Source of the DNA: an uncultured delta proteobacterium
Lineage (GTDB): Bacteria > Myxococcota_A > Polyangia > Fen-1088
NCBI GenBank assembly: GCA_963796685.1
Contig: CAWCMR010000016.1
Coordinates: 1 to 62,918 of the forward strand
Direction: 5' to 3'
DNA length: 62,918 nucleotides
Shown here: piece after piece, positions 10,742-20,287 of the stretch
Numbering within the stretch: position 1 is the first letter of the stretch
How the letters are laid out: each line of letters opens with the position of its first letter
Position numbers and translations under genes: made by a program
Notes under the pieces: model-generated
The model's input: the letters and a program-made list of their open reading frames with translations, nothing else
Told to the model about the DNA's origin: nothing
The model's database searches: none

Positions 10742-11056
10742 CTACCGTCTCGCTGCCTTCTTGCTTGCCCGAGGCCGGACGACGAGCGCCCCGCTCGAAT
10801 CCACGGATCCGCCACGGGCGAGCTTTCCCGCCACGGCACCGATTGACAGCCTGCGACTTCGATTCGCTAGCTCGCCCAGCGTCGTTACCTCGACATGGTT
10901 TCGGTTTAACCTGCCCTGTTCATCAATGAGACCGATCTTGACCAGCCGCTGGAAGCCCTTGAGCGGTGGGACCTTCTTCGCCTTCGCGAGCGCGCGCAGG
11001 CTCTGCCGCACAATGCGGTCCACTGGATCGGCCGATGCCACCGAAGCTCTGATCAT
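10742..11056 (-). CDS. Small basic protein, candidate antitoxin
   Basis: 104 aa with LVKIGLIDEQGRL motif, immediately downstream of the ART-like gene on the same strand. Confidence 0.45.
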   Translation of the reverse strand: MIRASVASADPVDRIVRQSLRALAKAKKVPPLKGFQRLVKIGLIDEQGRLNRNHVEVTTLGELANRSRRLSIGAVAGKLARGGSVDSSGALVVRPRASKKAARR

Positions 11057-11102
11057 GGCTTCAGCGTACCTCTCGCGCGCGAGGATTGCCAGGGTCCAGG
11101 CG

Positions 11103-11687
11103 TCATGGCTCGCCCCGTGGCTTGAACAGTCCGCAAATGGCCCCGGGTCGTCTCACCGCAAGCTGAATATGTGTCTCCCGACGGATGAGGGCCTCCGGGA
11201 AAGCAGGGGCGCCCTCTTCGAAGGCTCCGCGGACGATACTGTACCGCTCGCGTAGACCTGGATCGCTCAACAGCGAGTTGATGACGAGGCAGTCAAGGTG
11301 GTGCCGCTTGCGTTCGGACTTCTCATTGCCGGGAAGCTGCGAGCCGGCGGCGGCATATTGCGCCGCGAGCACTCGATGGGCCTGCCCCAGCATCTCGGTA
11401 AACCTGACATCGGTAAGGTCCAGAACGTCGTTCCCAAGAAGGATGATCGCGCCGACCACTGCGGGCCTCGCCCTTCTCCCTTTGGCCGTCGCCCTCCTTG
11501 CCCGGTCCTCAGCCCACCGTCTTGCCCGGCCGGGACCATGTTCCCAAAAGTAGATGCCCTCACCAAGCCAATCCCACGCGTTCTTACTGACCGGCCAGTC
11601 CTCGACGGACCTGCGTCCGGTCAGCAAATCGGAGGCCAAAGGCTCCAGGCACCCATGGTATCCGACAACGACTCGGGGAAAGTTCAT
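11103..11687 (-). CDS. ADP-ribosyltransferase-fold (DUF3990-like) putative toxin
   Basis: GYHG, DWLGEGIYFWE, LDCLVIN and THIQLAV motifs match the H-Y-[E/Q] ART pattern; 194 aa. Confidence 0.65.
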   Translation of the reverse strand: MNFPRVVVGYHGCLEPLASDLLTGRRSVEDWPVSKNAWDWLGEGIYFWEHGPGRARRWAEDRARRATAKGRRARPAVVGAIILLGNDVLDLTDVRFTEMLGQAHRVLAAQYAAAGSQLPGNEKSERKRHHLDCLVINSLLSDPGLRERYSIVRGAFEEGAPAFPEALIRRETHIQLAVRRPGAICGLFKPRGEP

Positions 11688-11761
11688 CGCAGAACCGAAC
11701 GATACGCCGTCTGACGGTCCGATTGCCAGTTTCGCGAGACTGCGTCGAGCAGGTAGGCCAT
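11684..11761 (-). pseudogene. Stub of a DUF4411-like PIN-domain gene (MAYLLDA...)
   Basis: ATG directly follows the ImmA stop (TAG ATG); encodes MAYLLDAVSRNWQSDRQTAYRSVLR*; its TGA overlaps the ART-like ATG. Confidence 0.55.
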
Positions 11762-12904
11762 CTACGCGACACCGAGGTTCTGGCCCAGCTTGTGGAGTGT
11801 CTCGACCTTCGAGATCCCAAGCATGCGCATGGCATCGCGGAACAGGGTCTGACCCTCCAGCGTGTTGGACAACAACGCGCGCGTGAAGCGCTTACTCGTT
11901 CGCGCCGCTTGGGTCAGGTAGAAGTTGCCTCCGCCCCCTTTCTCGCGCGCGAGCAGCCGGCTCAACTCCGCCTCGAATGCGTCGAAAAAGGCCGCCTTGC
12001 TCAGAACTCGAGCATCACGGAGCCGGCGAATGACGACCAGCGTGCTGACCTTGAACCTTCTGGCCAGGCGGGTGGTCTCGCCGTCCAACGGGACCTTGGG
12101 CTGGTGCTCGGCTCGGAGAGCCGCCAGCGGTACCAAAAGCTCGGCCGCGACTTGGTTGCACCAGCGCTCAGTCTCGCGGTCCGGCACGTCTCGCACCGTG
12201 GCGTCCGAGACGCCGGACTGGCCAATCCACAGGTGCGCCAGCTCGTGCGCGAGCGTGAACATCTGAGCTGCCTTGGTGTCGGCGCCGTTGATGAAGACCA
12301 GCGGGGCCATCGGGTCAGAGAGCGCGAAGCCCCGGAACTCGTCGGGATCGAGCTTCCGACTGTTGTTGTTCAACACCACGCCGCTGCACATGACCATCAC
12401 ACCAGCCATCTCGGTTTGGCCGATGAAGTCACGGAGAGCGTCAGTCCAGGTTGGGCAAGCGGCGCGGGCAGCGAGGTCAAAGCCCAGCGTTTGCCGCATC
12501 GACTCGGCGACGGCCACGACGTCGTGCTTGACGGTGACGGAACCGACAAAGGCGCTTGGCGCGACCCCGGCTGTGATGGCGAAGTCCCGGTACCAGCTCT
12601 GACGTTCCTGGCAGATGTAGATGGTCTCAAGCAGATTCGGACTGGGTCGGGCCGGCGGCTGGTCACCGATGGTACGGAAGTCCGGCAGCGGCAGCGTATC
12701 GACAGGCGGCTCGGGTAGAAAGAAGTATCCGACCGGCGTCAACGTCGCCTTCGCCAGGGCTTCCAACTGCTTCAGCGTCGGCTGGGCGGTGCCGCTCTCC
12801 CAGTCGGGCAGCTTCGCGAAGCGCTCCGTGAGCGCGGCCAGGGGTATCCCGGCGCGATCACGCGCCCAGCGAAACAAGGCAGGGCTAACCTCGGCGCGAA
12901 GCAT
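11762..12904 (-). CDS. Xre-HTH plus ImmA/IrrE (M78) metallopeptidase
   Basis: N-terminal HTH (RWARDRAG..WESGTAQPTLKQLE), FRGFAL, FTLAHELAHLW HExxH, ERWCNQVAAELLVP; likely start ATG 12904. Confidence 0.88.
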   Translation of the reverse strand: MLRAEVSPALFRWARDRAGIPLAALTERFAKLPDWESGTAQPTLKQLEALAKATLTPVGYFFLPEPPVDTLPLPDFRTIGDQPPARPSPNLLETIYICQERQSWYRDFAITAGVAPSAFVGSVTVKHDVVAVAESMRQTLGFDLAARAACPTWTDALRDFIGQTEMAGVMVMCSGVVLNNNSRKLDPDEFRGFALSDPMAPLVFINGADTKAAQMFTLAHELAHLWIGQSGVSDATVRDVPDRETERWCNQVAAELLVPLAALRAEHQPKVPLDGETTRLARRFKVSTLVVIRRLRDARVLSKAAFFDAFEAELSRLLAREKGGGGNFYLTQAARTSKRFTRALLSNTLEGQTLFRDAMRMLGISKVETLHKLGQNLGVA

Positions 12905-12989
12905 GGGACAGACAGATAGTATCCTGGCGGGGGACACGGAAGCCAGAAGTCGGCTACCCGCGCGGTAGCCATTCCAGTAGAATGTCCTT

Positions 12990-13679
12990 ATGCGGCGGAA
13001 ATTCCTTGGCGACGCTCTCGACTTTTGGAAGGGATCGATGCTGAGAGCGATGGGCCCCGGCACGCCCCTTCGCGTGGCAGCGATGATTCCAGACCACGAA
13101 CCCTGGACGGATGAGGAAAAGGCGACCTATGCAGACTTGTTGGGTCTGCATGTGGACGATGTCGAGTTCAACCAGTTCACGACCGAGCAGCGGAAAATCT
13201 ACTTCTTGCGTCTTCGCCTGGCGAACCAGGACGCAGACTTTTTCCTGGACCCCGACACGGGGCTAGCTACGTCGAAGAAAGAGAAGAAGGCTGACCACCA
13301 GCACGCCAGCCCAGCCGAGGTGAGGAGGCTCCTGGCCGATGGGAACGTTGTGGCCATCTACCAGCACAGCCGCCACGAAAAGGCCTGGCTCCTGAAATCC
13401 GCCGAACCTTTCCGCGATGTCCATGTCGTTGGCTGCGAATGCACCCACGCCGGGATGCTATTCGTCACTCGAAGCCGAAATCGGGCGTTGAAGGTGCGCG
13501 ACGCGCTTGCCGACAGATTGGGTGCGGCAAGAATGAGGGTGTGGCTGCTCGGCCCCAGGCTGAAAGCGTTCGTTCGCGAGGCCATTGAGAGTGAACAGAT
13601 TACGCTCGGCCGAGGCGCGGAGATCTTGGGCCTCGACCTGTCGGAGATGCGGAAACTGACGGCATCTTGGGTCCGATAG
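12990..13679 (+). CDS. Hypothetical protein (GD..D..K / FLDPDTGL / YQH family) with ImmA-type C-terminal HTH tail
   Basis: 229-aa ORF; family-like motifs FLGDALDFWKG, FFLDPDTGL, IYQH; ends in EQITLGRGAEILGLDLSEMRKLTASWV. Confidence 0.55.
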   Translation: MRRKFLGDALDFWKGSMLRAMGPGTPLRVAAMIPDHEPWTDEEKATYADLLGLHVDDVEFNQFTTEQRKIYFLRLRLANQDADFFLDPDTGLATSKKEKKADHQHASPAEVRRLLADGNVVAIYQHSRHEKAWLLKSAEPFRDVHVVGCECTHAGMLFVTRSRNRALKVRDALADRLGAARMRVWLLGPRLKAFVREAIESEQITLGRGAEILGLDLSEMRKLTASWVR

Positions 13680-13847
13680 CCCGCCACGACCAAGATTCGG
13701 TCTTCGCAAAGTCTGTTTGCCCCTGCAGTGGTCGACTCGTGAGCGATGATGCGAATTCTCGGCAGGTGGTCGGCAACTCGTGCTTGCGAACCACGTACCC
13801 AGCGATCTAGGCTGGCCGAACTGAGGTAGCAACAATGGAAGGGGAGA

Positions 13848-14918
13848 ATGATGGGCAACCAAGACAGCATTGAATCGAAGAAGGCTGACCTTGAAGTTGA
13901 GAAGCTTCGGCTGGAAATAGCCATTCTAAAGCGTGACCCGTGGCGTATCGGCGTAAGCATCTTGGTGCCCATTGTCGCAGCGGCCTTGGCTGCCGTCGTT
14001 GCCCTCTTCCTCTATAACCGACAGGTCAGGGACAATCAGACCAAGGCGGATCAGCACCGGATTGAGGCACTCGTAGGTAGCGTTGAGCTCACTGGCGATC
14101 TCGACACTCCTCTTACGAGCTTGGCACAGCTTGAACTGGAGCGCAGTTCCGATTTGGCTTCTTTCGCCAGATACTTGCCGACGCTGGGAGCCCGTTGCAT
14201 TCAGGCACTCAGGAACATCCAGAGAGTGAATGCGGATCCAAAGGAGAAAGGATTCGTTGCGGCACAGGAAAGAAAGTCGAAGCTTTGCGAAATAGCGAGG
14301 CGGCTCAAGGAGCTTGGTGCTTGTGTCGGCGAAGATCCCGTCAAGGACTGCCGCACAGAGGGCGGCAGCGGAATACTGGGAGCTGAGAGGGGAGCCACGG
14401 CTGCCGAGCCAGCTCCCAAGCTCCTCGACGCAGTCACTCTCCCCGGGGCCGTTTCGGACGTTCATCTGGCGAACACTCAGCAAGATGGCAGTCGCAATTC
14501 GTCACCACAAATTGCTGCGTCTTCTCCACCAAGGGTCTGGAGCATCAGTCAGGCTGACGGATCGAACACGGGTGCTGGTTGCACGTGCAGGTACCCCACG
14601 AACATCATTGGCAAGGCTGTGGACTTGCGCGCAGGCGAGACGGTTTGGCTGATGGTCAAATCCCATGTGGATGGGCTTACATATCCCCAGCCAGGTCCGC
14701 TCACTGTCGAACAGAACGGTGTCGTCCAACTCGGCGCCGCGTGGCCGGGCACACCGAAGGAAGGGTGCGAGCAGTCGTTCACGTTCATACTTGCACGTGC
14801 GAGCCGAGGAGCAACCAAGCAACTTCGGGAGATGCATAGGAATTTCAAGGGCTTCACCTCGGGACCTCATGGCTACCGGGAGGAAGCATCTTTCGGTCCT
14901 TGTAAACGAAGATGCTGA
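13848..14918 (+). CDS. Hypothetical single-pass membrane protein with Cys-containing beta-rich C-terminal domain
   Basis: GA-rich RBS; TM segment IGVSILVPIVAAALAAVVALFLY; visibly lower GC than flanking genes. Confidence 0.55.
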   Translation: MMGNQDSIESKKADLEVEKLRLEIAILKRDPWRIGVSILVPIVAAALAAVVALFLYNRQVRDNQTKADQHRIEALVGSVELTGDLDTPLTSLAQLELERSSDLASFARYLPTLGARCIQALRNIQRVNADPKEKGFVAAQERKSKLCEIARRLKELGACVGEDPVKDCRTEGGSGILGAERGATAAEPAPKLLDAVTLPGAVSDVHLANTQQDGSRNSSPQIAASSPPRVWSISQADGSNTGAGCTCRYPTNIIGKAVDLRAGETVWLMVKSHVDGLTYPQPGPLTVEQNGVVQLGAAWPGTPKEGCEQSFTFILARASRGATKQLREMHRNFKGFTSGPHGYREEASFGPCKRRC

Positions 14919-15045
14919 GCCACCTGTTTTCGACGAGTCAATCTCCTTTGTGGGCGCCCCTGACCTCTACGACCATGGAACCGCCGGATATCGCGGTTGA
15001 CAACGAAGAGACCCGCGACAGGACTTGGCGTATCATCGTCGCAAA

Positions 15046-18000
15046 ATGGCAGCGTCTCAGCCCGTCGAAGTCCGCCAGCACTTGATCGCAGCGCTCCGGG
15101 CCGATCTCGTCGGGCCGTTTCTCCCCGAAGCCAGCGACGGCTCCCGCTCCGAGGAAGTGCTGCCCGTACCACCTTCCCGCTGGTACCTGTGCGGCTTTCT
15201 CGCGCCAGAGCAAGGGCGAGAGCCCGAGGTTCAGGTCGAGGAGGGCGAGCTTGGCGAGGGTGACGACGACGAGGAGGCCAGCGCCAGCGCGGATCCCGAG
15301 CCCAAGCGAAAAAGCCTTCTCCCGGCATCACTTGGCATGTCGGTCTTCATTCCCGACGGGAATGCTAGGGATGTCATCACCGCCCGGGTGACCTTCGCCG
15401 ACTACGAGGCAGTTGATGGTCCTGAGAGCGGCGAGGGATCCGCGCGTGCTCGAAAGTGGTATTGGCGGCGACTGCCTCGCGGCCCTGTCGAGGTTGACGT
15501 TCCCGTCGATCCCAAGATTCTAGCCAACGGTGTCCCACTGCTAGGCTTCCCAGAACTGGTTCTGACCGGCGTCGTCGAGAAGGTCGCGGCTCCATGCTTT
15601 TCGAACGGTGCGAGGGCGCTGTCCTTGTTTCTGGTCAACCGGCGCCAACCTGCACCGCAGGGTCGAGAGGATGAGGCGTACATCTTCCAGGTCGAGCTGG
15701 AAATCGCGAACGTGAAGGGGTTCATCCCAAGGCCGAATCTGAGGGGCGAGAGCGCGGACGACATTGATGAACGGGTAGCGGATTTGCAGTTCAGGAACCA
15801 GTTCGAGTACGTGGTTGGGCACGGCATCGCGGCCGAGCCGGTCGAGAAGGGAGGCCACGTGGTTGCCGTCAGGTCTACCTGGCTGCCCACCGCGACCGTG
15901 ACGAGGGTGAAGACCCGGGACGACATCAAGGACGTGACCGTCGCCATGGAGGATCTGGCTGCCCTTCCAGACGCCACCACTGCGCGGCTGAAGTTGGCGC
16001 CATTACTCGCGCACTATGCCGGCTGGATAAAGGACCAAAGGGCGACCTCGTTGGATACCGACGGGCGTCGAGAGACCCTACAGGCGCTCGTGCTCAAGGC
16101 CGAGCGTGCTCGCAAGCGAATCGATGCGGGAATTGACCTTCTGGCACGGGATCCGCTGGCCTTCGATGCGTTCAGGATTGCGAACCAAGCCATGGCCGAT
16201 GCGGCCTACCGGCGCAGCCCGGATCGCTACACGGATGGCAGGAAGCCCGAATGGCGTCTATTCCAGTTGGCGTTTGTGTTGCTCTCGTTGCCCGGACTGG
16301 CCGACGAGACGCATGAAGACCGCGAAACGGTCGAGCTCATCTTCTTCCCGACGGGCGGCGGCAAGACCGAGGCATACCTCGGGGTGATCGCGTTCAACTT
16401 GGTCCTGCGCCGGCTGCGCGGCCAGGGGCGGCCAGACGGCGGGCTTGGTACCTCGGTTCTCCTGCGCTACACGCTTCGGCTGCTGACGCTTGACCAACTT
16501 GGCCGCGCTGCGACCCTGATCTGTGCTCTGGAGTTGATTCGCAAGGCGGATGCTCGGCTTGGCAAGGTGCGATTCTCCCTCGGTCTGTGGGTTGGCAAGT
16601 CCGCTACGGCGAACACGCTCGAGGATGTCGCCAAGCGCATCACGGAATATCGAAACAGCAATTCGCCGGTGGCGCAGTCGCCGTTTCCGTTGCCCGCCTG
16701 CCCGTGGTGCGGAAGACCGCTTGGCAAGGACAGCCTGGAGCTCAAGCCCAACAAGACGCGCCCGCAAGAGGTTTTGATTGGCTGCTCGGACTTTCGCTGT
16801 GACTTCGCGGCGTCGAAGAATCGCGAGGGGCTGCCTGTCTTGTTCGTCGACGAGCAGATCTATCGCGAGCTGCCATCCTTCGTCGTCGCCACCGTCGACA
16901 AATTCGCCATGCTGCCCTGGCGCGGTGAAACGGGCGCCTTCTTCGGCCGCGTCCACTCGCGAGACGGTCGTCGCTTCTTTGGCCCGATGGACGGCGCGGT
17001 GCCGCCACCACAGTCCGAGAAACTGCCCGAGGGACTACTGCCGCCGGATTTGATCGTGCAAGACGAGCTCCATCTCATCTCGGGACCGCTCGGCACGATG
17101 GTTGGGCTTTACGAGACCGCCATCGAGGGCTTGTGCATGCGTACGCGCCCGGACGGCAGCAAGGTCAGGCCCAAGATCATTGCATCCACGGCCACGGTGC
17201 GCCGGGCAGAGAGCCAGATCCAGGCCCTGTTCGGGCGGGCCGGCGTGGACGTGTTCCCACCGAACGGCGTGGACCAATCCGAATCCTTCTTTGCCACCGT
17301 GGATACCGAAAACCCAGGGCGTGAGTATCTGGGCGTCGCGGCTCCTGGCCGTGCGGTGAAGGCGATCTTGTTGCGGGTGTACGCGGCGCTGTTGGGAGCA
17401 TCCCAGCGCCACTTCGATCCCAAGGGCGAGGGCGAACAGGCAGCCGACCCGTACATGACCGTGGTGGGGTATTTCAACAGCTTGCGCGAGCTTGGTGGGA
17501 TGCGCCGCCTGGTCGAGGACGAGGTTCTGCGGCGCTGCCAGAAGATCGAGGAGCGCCGACCCGAGGACTTCAAGGGACCGCACCCATGGGTGGCCAATCG
17601 CGATATCAGGCCTGAACCCGTCGAGCTGACCAGCCGCGAGAGCACCTATATGATCAGCAAGGCCAAGGAGCTGCTTGGCCGCCACCACACCGACGATGAG
17701 CACGTCGACGTGGCCCTGGCCAGCAACATGATCTCGGTGGGCGTGGACATCGAGCGCCTGGGACTGATGGTCGTGGCTGGCCAGCCCAAGACGACCAGCG
17801 AGTACATCCAGGCGTCGAGCCGCGTGGGCCGCGATGTGAAGCGGCCGGGCCTGGTCGTCACGGTCATGAACGTGCACCGGCCGCGCGACCGTTCCCACTA
17901 CGAGCGCTTTCGCACCTACCACGAGAGCTTCTATCGATTCGTCGAGGCGACCAGCGTGACGCCATTCTCGGGGCCGGCCATCGATCGCGGCCTTTGCGGG

Positions 18001-18450
18001 ACGTTGGTGGCCTTGGTCCGATTGGGTACGCCGGCACTGACGCCGCCCACGGCGGTCAGGATGCTCGAGGCCGTACGGGAGACTGCTGGCAATGCTGCGG
18101 TGGCGGCCATCGCCGACAAGGCGCGAAGCCAGCCACGCCGAGGTGACGCCGCGGATGGAGACCGGCTGGGTGATGAGATCCATGGACGTTGTAAGCACCT
18201 GCTGGACACCTGGCAGAAGATCGTGCGCAGGTCGGCCGAGGCAGGAGGCGAACGGGTGTATTCGGCCTATGACGTTGATTGCAGGAACGACAAGGCTCTC
18301 TTGCACACGATCCTGGACGCGGATCCGGCGTTCATGGCCGAGGGCGAAGAGGATTTCTCGGCAGCCACGTCCATGCGCGATGTCGAGCCATCGGTACATT
18401 TCTGGATCGAGCGACAGCGCCTCGGGACGAAGGGACCAACCCATGGCTAA
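15046..18450 (+). CDS. drmA: DISARM helicase DrmA
   Basis: WRLFQLAF, FPTGGGKTEAY, RYTLRLLTLDQ, QDELHLISGPLG, ASTATVR, SNMISVGVDIERLGLM, YIQASSRVGR, RPRDRSHYERF. Confidence 0.93.
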   Translation: MAASQPVEVRQHLIAALRADLVGPFLPEASDGSRSEEVLPVPPSRWYLCGFLAPEQGREPEVQVEEGELGEGDDDEEASASADPEPKRKSLLPASLGMSVFIPDGNARDVITARVTFADYEAVDGPESGEGSARARKWYWRRLPRGPVEVDVPVDPKILANGVPLLGFPELVLTGVVEKVAAPCFSNGARALSLFLVNRRQPAPQGREDEAYIFQVELEIANVKGFIPRPNLRGESADDIDERVADLQFRNQFEYVVGHGIAAEPVEKGGHVVAVRSTWLPTATVTRVKTRDDIKDVTVAMEDLAALPDATTARLKLAPLLAHYAGWIKDQRATSLDTDGRRETLQALVLKAERARKRIDAGIDLLARDPLAFDAFRIANQAMADAAYRRSPDRYTDGRKPEWRLFQLAFVLLSLPGLADETHEDRETVELIFFPTGGGKTEAYLGVIAFNLVLRRLRGQGRPDGGLGTSVLLRYTLRLLTLDQLGRAATLICALELIRKADARLGKVRFSLGLWVGKSATANTLEDVAKRITEYRNSNSPVAQSPFPLPACPWCGRPLGKDSLELKPNKTRPQEVLIGCSDFRCDFAASKNREGLPVLFVDEQIYRELPSFVVATVDKFAMLPWRGETGAFFGRVHSRDGRRFFGPMDGAVPPPQSEKLPEGLLPPDLIVQDELHLISGPLGTMVGLYETAIEGLCMRTRPDGSKVRPKIIASTATVRRAESQIQALFGRAGVDVFPPNGVDQSESFFATVDTENPGREYLGVAAPGRAVKAILLRVYAALLGASQRHFDPKGEGEQAADPYMTVVGYFNSLRELGGMRRLVEDEVLRRCQKIEERRPEDFKGPHPWVANRDIRPEPVELTSRESTYMISKAKELLGRHHTDDEHVDVALASNMISVGVDIERLGLMVVAGQPKTTSEYIQASSRVGRDVKRPGLVVTVMNVHRPRDRSHYERFRTYHESFYRFVEATSVTPFSGPAIDRGLCGTLVALVRLGTPALTPPTAVRMLEAVRETAGNAAVAAIADKARSQPRRGDAADGDRLGDEIHGRCKHLLDTWQKIVRRSAEAGGERVYSAYDVDCRNDKALLHTILDADPAFMAEGEEDFSAATSMRDVEPSVHFWIERQRLGTKGPTHG

Positions 18451-20287
18451 CAAGTGGCGCGGCGGCGCCTACAACCCGCACCTCGAACCTGACGGGAAGG
18501 TTCGGCAGAGCCAGGCGGCATCCACCTTTGGCCCCGGCGCGATGATTGACCTGGTTCACGATGCGGTCGTCATCGGCGGGCTGGATTTCTGGCGCTACGA
18601 CGACAAACCGGGACGAGCGATCTCCGAGCCGCGCCTACGCGATGCCATCGCCAGTCGCCTTGAGCAGCAGGGTCGCACGATCCGTGATGAGGATTCGTTC
18701 CGGTTGCCGCCACTAGGCGACGACCATGAACCGCGTCGGAACTGCGGCATCGAAGTGTTGGAATTTCCCAGGTGGTTCGTCTGTCAGAACCGGGACTGCC
18801 GAGCGCTGGTTCAAAGCGGTGAATTGGTTCGTAAGAGCGACAAGTACATCCATTCGTGCGACGGACGCGAGAGCTCCCCTTGCGTACCCGTGCGCTTCGT
18901 GATGGCCTGCAAAAATGGCCACCTGGAAGAATTCCCCTGGACCGATTTCGTCCATGGACGGCAGGGCCGCCCACGCTGCCCGTCACCATCGCTGCGGCTG
19001 CACGAAGGCGGCACCGGTGACTTTTCCGAAGTCGAGGTCCGCTGTGCCTGTGGCGCCAGCAGGCCCGTGTCGAAGGCACTGGTTCCGCAGGCGAATCCGA
19101 TGTGCAGCGGCCAACGCCCGTGGTTGGGACGCGAGGGACAAGAGCCGTGCGGAGAGAGCCTACGGCTTCTCGTGCGCACCGCCAGCAACAGCTATTTCCC
19201 GCAGGTGGTCAGTGCTCTGTCGATCCCCGAGCCCGAGCAAGAGCTCCACGATGCGGTTCGCGAGAACTGGAGCACCTTGCAGATAACCAACGAAGCGACG
19301 CTCTCGGTCCTTCGCCAGATCCCGAAGATCCAGTTCGCGTTCGAGGGGCGCGGCGATGCCGAGATCCTCAAGACCATCGACGATATTCGCCAGGGCAAGC
19401 AGCCACAACGGGACGCCCTTCGCACGGCGGAGTTCAAGCAGTTTGCGGGGTCGCTTATTGAGCGGACGGGGGACCTACCGCCGCCCAAGGGCCACTACTT
19501 CTTCGCGCGAACCTTCAAGCCTGCAAGCGGACTGCCGGTTGGCATCAGCAGACTGGTTCTCGCGCATCGCCTACGTGAGGTTCGCGTCCAGGTGGGCCTC
19601 ACCCGACTGGAGTCCGCCACTCCCGATCTGCAAGGCGAGTACGATCTGGGCGTGACCACCGCGCCGCTCGGACTGCAGACCGACTGGCTTCCAGCGACGG
19701 AGGTGCGCGGCGAAGGCATCTTCATCGAGCTGGATGAGGCGGCAGTTCAGCGCTGGGAAGACCGGCCCTCGGTACTCGAGCGAAGCCGCGAGCTGTACGA
19801 GGGTTTCCAACAGTGGCCCGATGGCAGCAAAGTCGACTTTCCCGGCGCACGCTTCTACCTGCTGCATTCCTTGTCTCACTTGCTGATGACGGCACTGTCC
19901 GTCGAATGCGGATATGGAGCCAGCGCGCTGACGGAGCGGATCTACTGCGCGCCAGCCACCGATCCGACGCCGATGGCCGCGATCCTGATCAGCACGGGCA
20001 GCACCGGCACGGAAGGCACCCTCGGTGGTCTGGTCGAACAGGGCCGCCACCTACGCGCGCACCTGCAGCGGGCCTTCGACATGGGGAAGCTTTGCTCGAA
20101 CGATCCGGTCTGCGCCAGCCACAAGCCATCCAGCTTGACCGAGCGCTATCTGGAAGGTGCCGCCTGTCACGGCTGTCTTTTCGTCGCCGAGTGCTCATGC
20201 GAGCGTTTCAACAAATACCTCGACCGCGCGTTGGTCGTGCCCGCGCTCGGACATGATGGGGTGGCTTTCTTCCCCGAGCGCCCATGA
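18443..20287 (+). CDS. drmB: DISARM DUF1998 protein DrmB
   Basis: ATG 18443 overlaps drmA end; RQSQ..TFGPGAMIDL, VRFVMACKNGHLEEFPW, LLHSLSHLL, GTLGGL, CSNDPVC..GAACHGC. Confidence 0.93.
   Translation: MANKWRGGAYNPHLEPDGKVRQSQAASTFGPGAMIDLVHDAVVIGGLDFWRYDDKPGRAISEPRLRDAIASRLEQQGRTIRDEDSFRLPPLGDDHEPRRNCGIEVLEFPRWFVCQNRDCRALVQSGELVRKSDKYIHSCDGRESSPCVPVRFVMACKNGHLEEFPWTDFVHGRQGRPRCPSPSLRLHEGGTGDFSEVEVRCACGASRPVSKALVPQANPMCSGQRPWLGREGQEPCGESLRLLVRTASNSYFPQVVSALSIPEPEQELHDAVRENWSTLQITNEATLSVLRQIPKIQFAFEGRGDAEILKTIDDIRQGKQPQRDALRTAEFKQFAGSLIERTGDLPPPKGHYFFARTFKPASGLPVGISRLVLAHRLREVRVQVGLTRLESATPDLQGEYDLGVTTAPLGLQTDWLPATEVRGEGIFIELDEAAVQRWEDRPSVLERSRELYEGFQQWPDGSKVDFPGARFYLLHSLSHLLMTALSVECGYGASALTERIYCAPATDPTPMAAILISTGSTGTEGTLGGLVEQGRHLRAHLQRAFDMGKLCSNDPVCASHKPSSLTERYLEGAACHGCLFVAECSCERFNKYLDRALVVPALGHDGVAFFPERP

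Noticed and set aside
14997-15036. TTGACA..TATCAT sigma70 promoter for drmA
   Set aside because: Spacing is 28 bp, far from the 16-18 bp required
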